45,054 nt of DNA, from NCBI GenBank assembly GCA_003140785.1, contig PLKY01000383.1, positions 43,465 to 88,518 on the forward strand, written 5' to 3'. The position numbers and the translations under genes were made by a program. How positions within the stretch are numbered: the stretch's first letter is position 1; every line of letters starts with the position of its first letter. The notes under the pieces are model-generated. The model saw only the letters and a program-made list of their open reading frames with translations. It searched no databases and was not told the origin of the DNA. Below, piece after piece: positions 17,667-26,522 of the stretch. The DNA comes from Acidobacteriaceae bacterium (lineage in GTDB: Bacteria > Acidobacteriota > Terriglobia > Terriglobales > Acidobacteriaceae).

Positions 17667-18276
17667 TTAGTCGCTGACGCGCCAGGAGTCAATAACCATG
17701 AATTCGCTCCAGGTTTTTCCGTCGTTCGACTGCACCCCTCGCCACGAGAAGTGGTTCGGGGAGACGCCGGTGTAGGTGGCGCGCGTATACGCGTGCGCGG
17801 CGACGGGCTCTTTAAAGGCGTAGGTGATGGAATGGCCATCAAAGGTGGCTCCGCCCAGCTCGTTGGGGGCGAGGTCGGTCCACGTTCCCCCGAGGGCGTC
17901 CAGCCACTTAATGTTCCAGGTGTGGTGGGCGGCATCGTACGCGCGGAAATTCATGCCAAACACGATTAGCTCTCCAGATGGGCTCGTCATCCTGTATTCG
18001 TCCTCAATAACATAGCCGTCGAGGATAAAGCGGCCGAGCCATGACGCTTTGAAGGTCTGCCATTCTGGTTTTCTGATTTGACTTTGCGTCACATCGCCAT
18101 TTGCCGATGAGAAAGGCGAACTGCGAGAGCTCCGGCGGCGCTTTGGGATTGGGCGCACCAAATTCCTGGTCCATGAGGGTCTCTTTCGCAGCGGCGGCCG
18201 TGGGTTGCACGGGGCCGATCAGCAAGGATAGCGCGGTAAGCAGAAAGACGGCGGCTCTACCGATCCGTAGCATCAC
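17667..18276 (-). pseudogene. Exported beta-barrel-like (DUF1579-like) protein interrupted by an apparent frameshift near 18065-18085
   Basis: The 5' ORF has an AAGGAG RBS, a signal peptide and ...SQFAFLIGKWRCDAK. It continues coherently in another frame as EWQTFKASWLGRFILDG...SNDGKTW. Confidence 0.7.
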
Positions 18277-18313
18277 ACATCTCCTTCCTTGTCGAAAGAT
18301 CGGGAACAGCGCG

Positions 18314-18709
18314 TCAGGGAGTGGGGAGACCCTCCACTATATAGAGCCGCGTGCTGGTCGAGCTTTGGCGAATGGGGCGGATGGCGGCGTACGCGGGCGA
18401 GTCGTACCACTCACGGGCCTTCGCAACGCTGTCGAAGGCGATGACGACAATGCCGCCTTTGGGCGGGTCGCCTTCAAGGGTCTGGATCTTGTTGCTGCGA
18501 ATGACGTAGTGGTGGTTGACGGGAGCCAGGGTCTCGGGGACCTTATCGCCGTATTTCTGGAAGGTCGGGAGGTCGTGGATGTCGACCTCCGCGATCACGT
18601 AGCCGGGCGGAGTAACGGGCTGCTGGGCGCGGATCGCGAAACCGCCCCCTGCGCCAATCGCAATGCCTGCCAGTCCCGCACAAAGAACTGCCCATTTCGA
18701 TTTCATCAC
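18314..18709 (-). CDS. DUF1330 domain protein with N-terminal signal/TM segment
   Basis: GYVIAEVDI...LEGD...VVIAFDSVAKAREWYDSPAY...R pattern. Confidence 0.85.
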   Translation of the reverse strand: MMKSKWAVLCAGLAGIAIGAGGGFAIRAQQPVTPPGYVIAEVDIHDLPTFQKYGDKVPETLAPVNHHYVIRSNKIQTLEGDPPKGGIVVIAFDSVAKAREWYDSPAYAAIRPIRQSSTSTRLYIVEGLPTP

Positions 18710-18761
18710 GTGACTCTCCGTAGTGCCGCTAAGAACCAGGGCCTGGGGATGCGTGCTGATA

Positions 18762-19763
18762 CTAATGAAGGAAGTTCATCAGGCTTCCCCCCGCGAAGGG
18801 CTGCAGGGTGAAGGTGAGTATGAAGAGGACGAGGCCGGCGACCGCGAGCCAGCGACGACTCTTCGAGAGCGGAGGATTCTCCGGGACCGGCGGATGGCGG
18901 AGGCTGGGGAGAAGGAAGCATCCCCAAACGAGCCATCCGATCCAGAAGATGGTACCGGCGAAAAACAGGAGGAAGACGATTGTGTTGGTGGCCCAGCGGT
19001 GCGCGCGAGGCGAGATCGCATAGAGGATGTGTCCGCCGTCGAGCTGGCCTGCGGGCATGAGGTTGACCGAAGTGATGAAGAGGCCGATCCACGCGGCGAC
19101 GAGAACGGGATGCGGATTGAAGGAGGCATCGAGCGGCGGGATCGCGGGATGGAAGAGCCGGACGATGGCGTAGCAGATGGAGAGGCCCAGGGGCACGCTG
19201 ACGCTGATGCTGGCCGATGACTGGAAGCCTGGAGCGGCCATGTGCTCGGAGAGCACCAGCCCGCTGATGAGTGCGGGGATAGCAACGAGCATTCCCGCGA
19301 GCGGACCAGCGGCGCCGACATCGAGAAGGGCGATGCGCGACGGTACGCGGGAGCGCAGCCGGATGAAGGCTCCGAAGGTGCCGATGAGCGTGGGCGCGGG
19401 CAGAACCCAGGGCAGAGAAGAGTGGACGCCGTGAAAGCGGCAGGCAATGTAGTGGCCGGTCTCGTGCGCGGAGAGAATGCCGAGGAGAGTGAGAGCGAAG
19501 GGCCATCCGGCGGAGAGACGCTCGGGGTGATGAACGATCCACGCGAAAGGGAAGAAGCCGGCGTTCACGGCGAAGGGGGGCGCGCCGCGCTGGAAGTTGT
19601 ACATGAGCACGGCGCCGGTGCTGAGAGTGGTGAATACGCTGAGGCCGAGAAGGCAGAGCGCGACGCCGGCCTGCTCGAATTGCGAGGCCTGGCGGACCGC
19701 GACGGTCTGCAGAGGTGCGGCCTCGCGGAGCGGTCCGGAGATCTGGATGGCAGGCTGACCCAT
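18762..19763 (-). CDS. Site-2 protease (peptidase M50)
   Basis: HETGH zinc motif, AAGPLAG and NLMPAGQLDGGH. Confidence 0.92.
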   Translation of the reverse strand: MGQPAIQISGPLREAAPLQTVAVRQASQFEQAGVALCLLGLSVFTTLSTGAVLMYNFQRGAPPFAVNAGFFPFAWIVHHPERLSAGWPFALTLLGILSAHETGHYIACRFHGVHSSLPWVLPAPTLIGTFGAFIRLRSRVPSRIALLDVGAAGPLAGMLVAIPALISGLVLSEHMAAPGFQSSASISVSVPLGLSICYAIVRLFHPAIPPLDASFNPHPVLVAAWIGLFITSVNLMPAGQLDGGHILYAISPRAHRWATNTIVFLLFFAGTIFWIGWLVWGCFLLPSLRHPPVPENPPLSKSRRWLAVAGLVLFILTFTLQPFAGGSLMNFLH

Positions 19764-19835
19764 GCTCGGCTGTCCTGGCTCGACGATCTGGAGCGAGGTG
19801 ACCCCAGACGAGAACAGTGTATCGAGGCGGGCGCG

Positions 19836-20138
19836 TTACGGCAGTACTTTATTGACTGTCGATTTATTTCCGTCGAGGAGGTGGAGTTCCTTGCCAGGCT
19901 TGAAGCGAACCGCTTTGCCCGGGGCAATGCTGACTTCGGCTCCGGTGCGGGGATTACGGCCGATTCCGGTCTTGCGGGGCCGAACGTTGAAGACCCCGAA
20001 GCCGCGGAGCTCGATGCGCTGACCTTCGGCGAGAGCGCGCTTAAGGGTCTCGAATACGGTGTCGACCGCAGCCTCGGCTTTATTGCGCTGCAGCCCGGTG
20101 CGCTCGATCACCTGGTGAATGATGTCCTGTTTTATCAA
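19836..20138 (-). CDS. HU/IHF family DNA-binding protein
   Basis: IELRGFGVF, GRNPRTG and VRFKPGKEL motifs; TTG start. Confidence 0.93.
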   Translation of the reverse strand: MIKQDIIHQVIERTGLQRNKAEAAVDTVFETLKRALAEGQRIELRGFGVFNVRPRKTGIGRNPRTGAEVSIAPGKAVRFKPGKELHLLDGNKSTVNKVLP

Positions 20139-20343
20139 GATTTTCCCCCGTCAGGCGAAGTGTCCGTCTCAAGGCTGATCGTAGAAATGTTTGATGGCAT
20201 TGTCAATGCGGCGTGCCTCCCGTAAGATGCAATCTTTACCCCCAACGCAACAGGGACTTCCTGGGCGGCCAGCGGCTCGGCCGACGGGAAGCACCGCATG
20301 GGGGACTGCGAAACGGCCGTGGCAAGGGGCGGCAGGGAGGGTC

Positions 20344-20895
20344 ATGGCAATCAAGAGCGATCGCTGGATTCGAGAGCAGGCCCTGAAGGGCATGATCGAT
20401 CCATTCAGCGAAAAGCAGGTGCGGGAGGGGGTCGTCTCGTATGGACTGTCCTCCTACGGCTACGATTTGCGGGTTTCCGACGAGTTCAATATCTTTACCA
20501 ACGTCAACAGCGCCATTGTCGATCCGAAGCATTTCGATGAGCGGTCGTTCGTGTCGGTGCGGGCGGAGAGCGTGCTGGTGCCGCCAAACAGCTTCGCATT
20601 AGCACGATCCGTGGAATATTTTCGGATTCCGCGTGACGTATTGACCATTTGCGTGGGAAAATCCACGTACGCGCGGTGCGGCATCATCGTCAATGTCACG
20701 CCCTTCGAACCGGAATGGGAGGGATTTGTGACACTGGAGATATCAAATACCACTCCGCTGCCGGCGCGCGTGTATGCGAACGAGGGGCTGTGCCAGATCC
20801 TGTTCTTTCAATCTGACGAAGCGTGCCAAATCAGCTACGCCGACCGCAAAGGAAAGTACCAAAAGCAGCAGGGAATCGTGCTGCCCAAGCTGTAG
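20344..20895 (+). CDS. dcd: dCTP deaminase
   Basis: [28 protein letters not shown] and YADRKGKYQ; GGAGG RBS before ATG 20344. Confidence 0.95.
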   Translation: MAIKSDRWIREQALKGMIDPFSEKQVREGVVSYGLSSYGYDLRVSDEFNIFTNVNSAIVDPKHFDERSFVSVRAESVLVPPNSFALARSVEYFRIPRDVLTICVGKSTYARCGIIVNVTPFEPEWEGFVTLEISNTTPLPARVYANEGLCQILFFQSDEACQISYADRKGKYQKQQGIVLPKL

Positions 20896-20900
20896 AAGCT

Positions 20901-21560
20901 ATGGAGAGCATTACAAAACCGACGCGGCGTATGCGAGTTGGACTGCTCGACTTCGAGCCGATCCGCATTGCGGGCCTGCGGGAGATTTTTGCGGAGCAGC
21001 CGGATTTCCAGGTGGTGGCGACCGACTGGGCTATGGCGTTTAAGGAGTCGTCCTTCGATCTGGTGGTGGTGGTGCTGCGGGATCAGGCGTTCTCGCTGGC
21101 ATTGCTGGCCCGGCTGCGGTCGCGGCATGCGGGGCTCAAAGTGCTGGTGATCGGCCCCGGCTCTGAGCAGGAAAAGATTCTCGAGGCCATCAACGCAGGC
21201 GCCAAGGGGTGGCTGGAAGACAAGGCGTCTCCGACCCAGGTGATGCAGGCGGCGTATGCGATCCTGAGCGGCTCCATCTGGGCGCCGCGAAAGGTTCTGT
21301 CGACGTTTGTGGATCGGGCGATCGAAGGGTCGGCTGCGCGGCGGCGCCGGCAAAGCCCGCGCTTCACAGAGCGCGAGGAAGAGGTATTGCAGCAGTTGGT
21401 GCTGGCGCGGTCGAATCGCGAAATCGCCCAGGCCCTGAGCATTCGCGAGCAGACGGTTAAGTCATACGTGGCGCGGCTGATGCGGAAGGTGGGAGTGGGG
21501 AACCGGATCGCGCTGTCGGTGCAGGCAGCCAGCGGCGCCTGGGGCGAAAAGGACCAGTAG
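20901..21560 (+). CDS. NarL/LuxR family regulator with a degenerate receiver domain
   Basis: C-terminal LuxR HTH (FTEREEEVL...SNREIA...TVKSYV...RKVGVGNR); the receiver lacks the canonical Asp, Thr and Lys. Confidence 0.88.
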   Translation: MESITKPTRRMRVGLLDFEPIRIAGLREIFAEQPDFQVVATDWAMAFKESSFDLVVVVLRDQAFSLALLARLRSRHAGLKVLVIGPGSEQEKILEAINAGAKGWLEDKASPTQVMQAAYAILSGSIWAPRKVLSTFVDRAIEGSAARRRRQSPRFTEREEEVLQQLVLARSNREIAQALSIREQTVKSYVARLMRKVGVGNRIALSVQAASGAWGEKDQ

Positions 21561-21624
21561 ATCGGGGCTTTTCGGGCCGGCGGCCGTTAGTTAACAGAAT
21601 ATCTGTTATCAGACGTAAGCTCTC

Positions 21625-22341
21625 TCAGGCGGCCGCCCCGCCGCCAGCCTCTTCTATTAGTTGAGGTGCGCGCTCTTTCCGGAAGTCCTCCAGCGAGATG
21701 TGGTTCAGGATGTGCTCCTCCACGTCGCTAATCGGCCCAGGCGCAATGATCGTGATGCCTCCCACCAGTTCGCTCATGGTCAGATACGATTCGCGACTTC
21801 TGTAGAGAAAATCGAGCGGGTACTCGGGCTTGCGAGCGCGCGCCTGAATCGGATCCGCATCGAGAAGCAAGCTGACGTCAGGACGCGGAACGATTCTGAT
21901 GATCATGCGCACGTAAATCCTGGTGAGCCGGTAACGCAGCGTCAGGTTGACGAGCTCGTCCCAGGAGTACCGGTCGCAGATGATAAATTCGGCACCGGAG
22001 GCCAGGGCTCGGCGGATGGTGAAGCGGAGGGAGACGGCGTCGGCGAGGTAAAGGCAGCAGCGGATGATCGTCATCGAGCGTGAGCGGACGTTTTTGTCCC
22101 GGCGGTTGATCGGCTTCTCCGGGGTTCCGATGCCTTTGTCGCCCTTGAACAGCGTGTGGCCGGCGGATTCGCGCATGCCGGTGAAGCACGCGACATCATC
22201 CCAGAAGGTGATCACGCGGACACGGAGGCCGGCTTCCCGAAGCCGGGTACGGAGAGCTTCAATCTGCGTGCTCTTGCCCGCGCCATCGATGCCGGAAAAG
22301 CTGACCAACCTAGTACGCCGTAATTTGGACCCTGGACCCAT
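21625..22341 (-). CDS. Thymidylate-kinase-like P-loop kinase
   Basis: SFSGIDGAGKST P-loop, ICDRY and PDVSLLLDADP motifs. Confidence 0.8.
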   Translation of the reverse strand: MGPGSKLRRTRLVSFSGIDGAGKSTQIEALRTRLREAGLRVRVITFWDDVACFTGMRESAGHTLFKGDKGIGTPEKPINRRDKNVRSRSMTIIRCCLYLADAVSLRFTIRRALASGAEFIICDRYSWDELVNLTLRYRLTRIYVRMIIRIVPRPDVSLLLDADPIQARARKPEYPLDFLYRSRESYLTMSELVGGITIIAPGPISDVEEHILNHISLEDFRKERAPQLIEEAGGGAAA

Positions 22342-22373
22342 CGTGGTTTTCTCTCCGTGATCCTGATTCCCTG

Positions 22374-22877
22374 CTACGGACGGCTCGGACTGGCGCTGGA
22401 GAGCGCGACCACTGTGCCCACCGCGACAGCTGCCCCGACCAGCAGGCCCACTTTGATCACGAATGATCGCGAGCGCTTCTGCTTAGCCGGAGCGATGGCG
22501 GCGCCGGCGGGTCTGGAAGCCGCTATACCGCTGGCCGGTTCCGATGGCGCCGCCGCGGTGCCCATGGGCCCTGGCGGAGCGCTTTGCTGCTGCGAGGTAC
22601 TCTGCGAACTGTTTTGCGGCGGGGCCGGGGTAGTGGCTTGCAGCGGGGCCGGAGCCGGGCTGTCGGGTAAGGAGGCTACCTCGCTTGCGCCGACTGTCGC
22701 TGGTTTGGCTGGTTCCGCAGCGCTGCTCGGTGCCGAGGCCGAAGCAGACGGAGCCGGAGTGGGCGCCTGCTGCGCTGGCGCTTCCTGTGCCGATGCCGCC
22801 ACCCCCAGAGGCGTCGCCAGCAGGACGACGAGGGCGATTGCGATTTGCCGATTCAACCACATCGCTACAGTCTTCAT
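22374..22877 (-). CDS. Exported Pro/Ala/Ser-rich protein with a C-terminal hydrophobic tail
   Basis: Signal peptide ending ASA|QE from ATG 22877 (GGAG RBS), low-complexity body, then KQKRSR and a Gly/Ala/Val-rich helix. Confidence 0.75.
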   Translation of the reverse strand: MKTVAMWLNRQIAIALVVLLATPLGVAASAQEAPAQQAPTPAPSASASAPSSAAEPAKPATVGASEVASLPDSPAPAPLQATTPAPPQNSSQSTSQQQSAPPGPMGTAAAPSEPASGIAASRPAGAAIAPAKQKRSRSFVIKVGLLVGAAVAVGTVVALSSASPSRP

Positions 22878-22929
22878 GTTTTTCTCCAAACCAGCCGGGG
22901 CGTGATCTTTGCAGGCACGGCCGCGACGA

Positions 22930-23328
22930 TTAAGCTGCCTCTTCCGATGCGCGGTCCGCAACTTCGGACGCGACCGCCTGCCTGCCTGCGGCGACAGGAA
23001 GTTGATGGAAACTGTTCACCGCTTCCGCGGTCGTGTCGAATGTCTCGAAGAGGCGTGCCACACCTGTGCTCACCAGGACAATGGCAGCGGCGGCCGGCAC
23101 AGCGGCCAGCTTCACATCTCCGTTACGCTTCATAGCTTCTTCGAGACAATGCAGCAGCAGGTGGATCGTGGAGGTGCTGCATTCCCCCAGATTGGAGCAG
23201 TCGAGAACCAGGCGCGGCCGGTTTGCGTTAATGACGCTCTCAATCTCGTGGAGAAACGCAACCTTGTGCGGAACGCTCAGCACCCCCGGAACTCGCTTGA
23301 CTGCAACTGCACGCATGCCTGTGTTCAT
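22930..23328 (-). CDS. STAS domain protein (anti-sigma-factor antagonist-like)
   Basis: RLVLDCSNL...LL...NGDVKLA...VARLFETFDTTAEAV STAS pattern; start ATG 23328. Confidence 0.82.
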   Translation of the reverse strand: MNTGMRAVAVKRVPGVLSVPHKVAFLHEIESVINANRPRLVLDCSNLGECSTSTIHLLLHCLEEAMKRNGDVKLAAVPAAAAIVLVSTGVARLFETFDTTAEAVNSFHQLPVAAGRQAVASEVADRASEEAA

Positions 23329-23353
23329 ATTTGCCAGTTCCCTTCTCTTTCTT

Positions 23354-25327
23354 TCATCCGGCGCCTTGTAACAGCCGCGCCAGTTCGGCTTCGGGATCAC
23401 GCACGACGTGCGTCAGCACGTTCTTCGCATACCTGGTAAGCGTCACAAGATTGGTGTTGTACCAGCAGCACTCCCTCATCCTCGGCGACAAGCCGCACAG
23501 GTAACGCAGCCGGCCCAATTTGTCAGGCGATGCCAGGATGGCCGCCATCAACCGATGATTTCCATCGAGGACGGTCAGCGGCTCGTTTTCGCTCAGGCCG
23601 ATGAGGACGACCGCGCCCAGATCAGGGTCGTGGCCCGAGACCCGATTGCCGATCGCTTCGATCTTGGCCCGAAACGACGGTTCGATGGTTTGGTGATGTC
23701 TGCGCATGCGCTCGGCCACCGCGGTGAGGGAGAAGTTGCCTCGCGCGACCTTCCGCCACTGCGCTCGCGGAAAGACCCGGATGCGGTGCAGCTCCGACGG
23801 TCGAAGCTCCACCTCATACCATTCCGTTTCCGTTGGCAGTTCCTTCCATAAGGCAAGGTGACGAATGAACAGGAGGGCCTTCCGCGTGGCGTTCTCGACC
23901 GGATCCTCGAGATTGGGCGCCGTCACCAGGTCGCACAGAGCTTCCCGGTATTCGTGAAAAGCGGCACTATGAAAATCGCTCTTCAGAAATTCGGCGATGA
24001 CTTCGTCTTCGGAAATGCGGCGCAGGATCTTGATGGGCGCGGCGCCGAGAGTTCGCTCCCCTGCGCGAGCGTCGGCGAGTGAGGTGATGATGAACGGGAT
24101 TGTTACGACCACCAGCAGCACGATCATCAGGATGAGCTGAACCCAGATCACTTCACGCAAAGAGGAATGGAAGCGGCAGATGGCCGCGACGATTACAACG
24201 CTGAACGCCAGCTGCACCCAGCCGGTATTCGCAATCTTATAGGCCATTTCGTAAGTGATAATGATGACGCTCAGGCAATAGAGGATGGTGGTGACTGCAT
24301 AGATCGAGAGCAAATACGGGAGGCCATATTCACCCTCTACGCTGAAGCCGCTGCCAAAGAATCCGGCCCACAGAGAAGCGGGAGTAAGACGGAGGCCGAG
24401 AGCGAGCACGGCGCCAATCGCGAGCACCAGCAGAGACGCCGTTCCGATGACCTTGAATCCGCGTCGTTCCTCCTGACGTGTGCCGGCGACGAGGGGGACC
24501 ATGGAATTGACGACAGCGAAGGAGAAGGTGAAGATGACTCGGCCCACCATGGCCACAGCAGCATAGAGTCCCGCAGTGGTGGGAATGAAGAAATGTTTGA
24601 CCAGGACAATGTCGCAGTTATTGATAAGAACCTGGCCGGAAAAGTAGACCATGGCATGGACGGTTTCCCGCAGCGCATTTTGTAACAGCAGCGGATTCGA
24701 TATGCGGGGGACGCGCCGGGACGGAACGGCAGCGAAATACGCAACAACCACCGCCGCCGCATTGGCGGCCACCACGCCCCGCACGCCGAGGCCGAGCCGG
24801 ATCAGCAGCAAGGAGCCGCCGAGGCGGACGATTCCTTCAAGCACGATGTTGGTGGCGAGACTGCGGAAGCCGCAGACGCCCTGGATGTAGCCGCGCCGGC
24901 TGCCGAGAGGAACGTAGAAGGCAGCTCCGATGGCCAGGAGAGCGACAAGAATCGGCGCCGGCAGGTTCAGGTAATTCGCGATGGGACGCTGAAAAAGCAG
25001 CAGGAGCAGCGCAACGAGAATGCCGCAGGCCCACGCCGCGCGATGAAAACCGCGATAGACAGCCTGCTTCTCCTCCAGCGCGCTCTGCTGCGCGACCACT
25101 TTTGCGGCTACGATCTGAAAAGAGAGCGTTGCCGCGGAGATGAGGATGAGCAGAGTGTAGACGGCGGTCGCATGGCCGTAGCCGGTGGGACCGAGGAAGC
25201 GCGCAACGGCGACGTTATAGACGAAATTGGTGCCGGTTGCGAGGCCGGTGCCCAGGAGCAAAACGAAACTTCCCGACAGAATGCGGGCGTGGAGCGTCTT
25301 TGCCTGTTTTATGGGGCCGTTCTGCAC
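23354..25327 (-). CDS. Wzx/MOP-type oligosaccharide flippase fused to a C-terminal ParB/sulfiredoxin-like domain
   Basis: VARFLGPTGYG, DIVLVKHFF and AGLYAA motifs with about 12 TM helices in aa 1-420. The soluble C-terminal ~230 aa contain LTVLDGNHRL. GGAG RBS before GTG 25327. Confidence 0.8.
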   Translation of the reverse strand: MQNGPIKQAKTLHARILSGSFVLLLGTGLATGTNFVYNVAVARFLGPTGYGHATAVYTLLILISAATLSFQIVAAKVVAQQSALEEKQAVYRGFHRAAWACGILVALLLLLFQRPIANYLNLPAPILVALLAIGAAFYVPLGSRRGYIQGVCGFRSLATNIVLEGIVRLGGSLLLIRLGLGVRGVVAANAAAVVVAYFAAVPSRRVPRISNPLLLQNALRETVHAMVYFSGQVLINNCDIVLVKHFFIPTTAGLYAAVAMVGRVIFTFSFAVVNSMVPLVAGTRQEERRGFKVIGTASLLVLAIGAVLALGLRLTPASLWAGFFGSGFSVEGEYGLPYLLSIYAVTTILYCLSVIIITYEMAYKIANTGWVQLAFSVVIVAAICRFHSSLREVIWVQLILMIVLLVVVTIPFIITSLADARAGERTLGAAPIKILRRISEDEVIAEFLKSDFHSAAFHEYREALCDLVTAPNLEDPVENATRKALLFIRHLALWKELPTETEWYEVELRPSELHRIRVFPRAQWRKVARGNFSLTAVAERMRRHHQTIEPSFRAKIEAIGNRVSGHDPDLGAVVLIGLSENEPLTVLDGNHRLMAAILASPDKLGRLRYLCGLSPRMRECCWYNTNLVTLTRYAKNVLTHVVRDPEAELARLLQGAG

Positions 25328-25559
25328 AACTTTGGGCTCCGTGGCGATTGCGATGCCTCTGTCCGGTTCTGCTGAGTCGTTGAGGGTCCATCCGGCAGGC
25401 CGAAGGAGAAGTTCAGCGACAGAGTTCCCTCAGAAAACTGAGGATTGGATGCGTTTGCCATGGTCGCGGCTGCTCTCGCGACGGGAACCAGCAACGCTTC
25501 GGGAGGCCCCTCGACAGGCAACCTTTTGTTTGCTGTCTTGTTCTAATTAAGTTCCCGAA

Positions 25560-26519
25560 ATGTTTCGCGCGACGACTGCCTTCCTTAGCCTGATTCTGCT
25601 TACTCATGGATGTTCTGAATCGTCGCCACCGAAGCCTGCACGGCTGAAGGTGGGCGTTCCCGGCGTGTCGCCGGTAATGCTGGCGGTTTACGAACCATGG
25701 TTCGGGCACCCCCAGCACATTTCCATCGGCTACTCCTCGCATGATCCTGCGGAGTTGCGCAAGCAGATCCATCAGGCGAAGAAGATGGGCATCTCCGGTT
25801 TTGTCGTGGACTGGTACGGGGACCGCGATCCGTTCAATGCGCGGACGTACGAGCTGCTGCAGCCGATCGCCGCGGAGGAGAAGTTTCATATCGCGATGAT
25901 GTACGACGAGACGGATGCGGAGGACGGTGCGACGGACGAGGCAATCGCGGATTTCACGACCTTTCGCGACACGTATCTGGCGGCGGATGCGCCAAGCCGC
26001 GATGCTTACCTGACGCTCAACCGCCGGCCGATCATCTTCATTTTCCCGAAGGGCGGGCACACGGACTGGAATCGGGTTCGCGAGGTAGTGAGCAAGTGGA
26101 ATCCAGCACCGTATCTGATCTATGAAAACCTGCCTGGTGCCAACGCGAGCGCGTTTGACGGGTTTTATGCCTGGGTCCAGCCCGGCAGGAAGGGCTGGGC
26201 GGCGGATGGCAGCAATTGGGGCGACGACTATCTCGCTGACTTCTACCAGACGATGCAATCGAAGTATCCGGACAAGATTGCCGTAGGCGGCACATGGGCG
26301 CAATTCAACGACAGCAAGGCGTCGTGGAGCCAGAATCGGCACATCTCGGGACGGTGCGGCCAGACCTTCACCGACACGCTGAATCTGTGGCGCAAGTACT
26401 ATTCGGCGGACGATCCGATTCCCTATCTGTTAGTGGAAACCTGGAATGATTATGAAGAGGGCACGGCGGTCGAGCCCGGGATTCCAACGTGCGGAGCGGG
26501 CTCGAAACCAGCGCGGTAG
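25560..26519 (+). CDS. GH71/GH99-like endo-alpha-glycanase, probable lipoprotein
   Basis: AVYEPWF, QIHQAKKMGISGFVVDWYG and ETWNDYEEGTAVEP motifs; N-terminal hydrophobic stretch ending THG-C. Confidence 0.8.
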   Translation: MFRATTAFLSLILLTHGCSESSPPKPARLKVGVPGVSPVMLAVYEPWFGHPQHISIGYSSHDPAELRKQIHQAKKMGISGFVVDWYGDRDPFNARTYELLQPIAAEEKFHIAMMYDETDAEDGATDEAIADFTTFRDTYLAADAPSRDAYLTLNRRPIIFIFPKGGHTDWNRVREVVSKWNPAPYLIYENLPGANASAFDGFYAWVQPGRKGWAADGSNWGDDYLADFYQTMQSKYPDKIAVGGTWAQFNDSKASWSQNRHISGRCGQTFTDTLNLWRKYYSADDPIPYLLVETWNDYEEGTAVEPGIPTCGAGSKPAR

Positions 26520-26522
26520 TTC

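Noticed and set aside
18728-18737. GCTAAGAACC as a third copy of the 15-bp repeat
   Set aside because: It is a single 10-bp match with no tandem units and could be chance.
21592-21608. Palindrome TAACAGA-ATA-TCTGTTA at the left edge of the glycan locus as an att or dif site
   Set aside because: There is no matching copy at the other end and no integrase, and it does not match dif; at most a weak hairpin between convergent genes.
20344-22341. dcd plus Tmk-like kinase as a dTTP-synthesis or DNA-modification module
   Set aside because: The genes are convergent and separated by a regulator. The kinase belongs to the flippase-STAS run, and no thymidylate synthase or phage genes are present.
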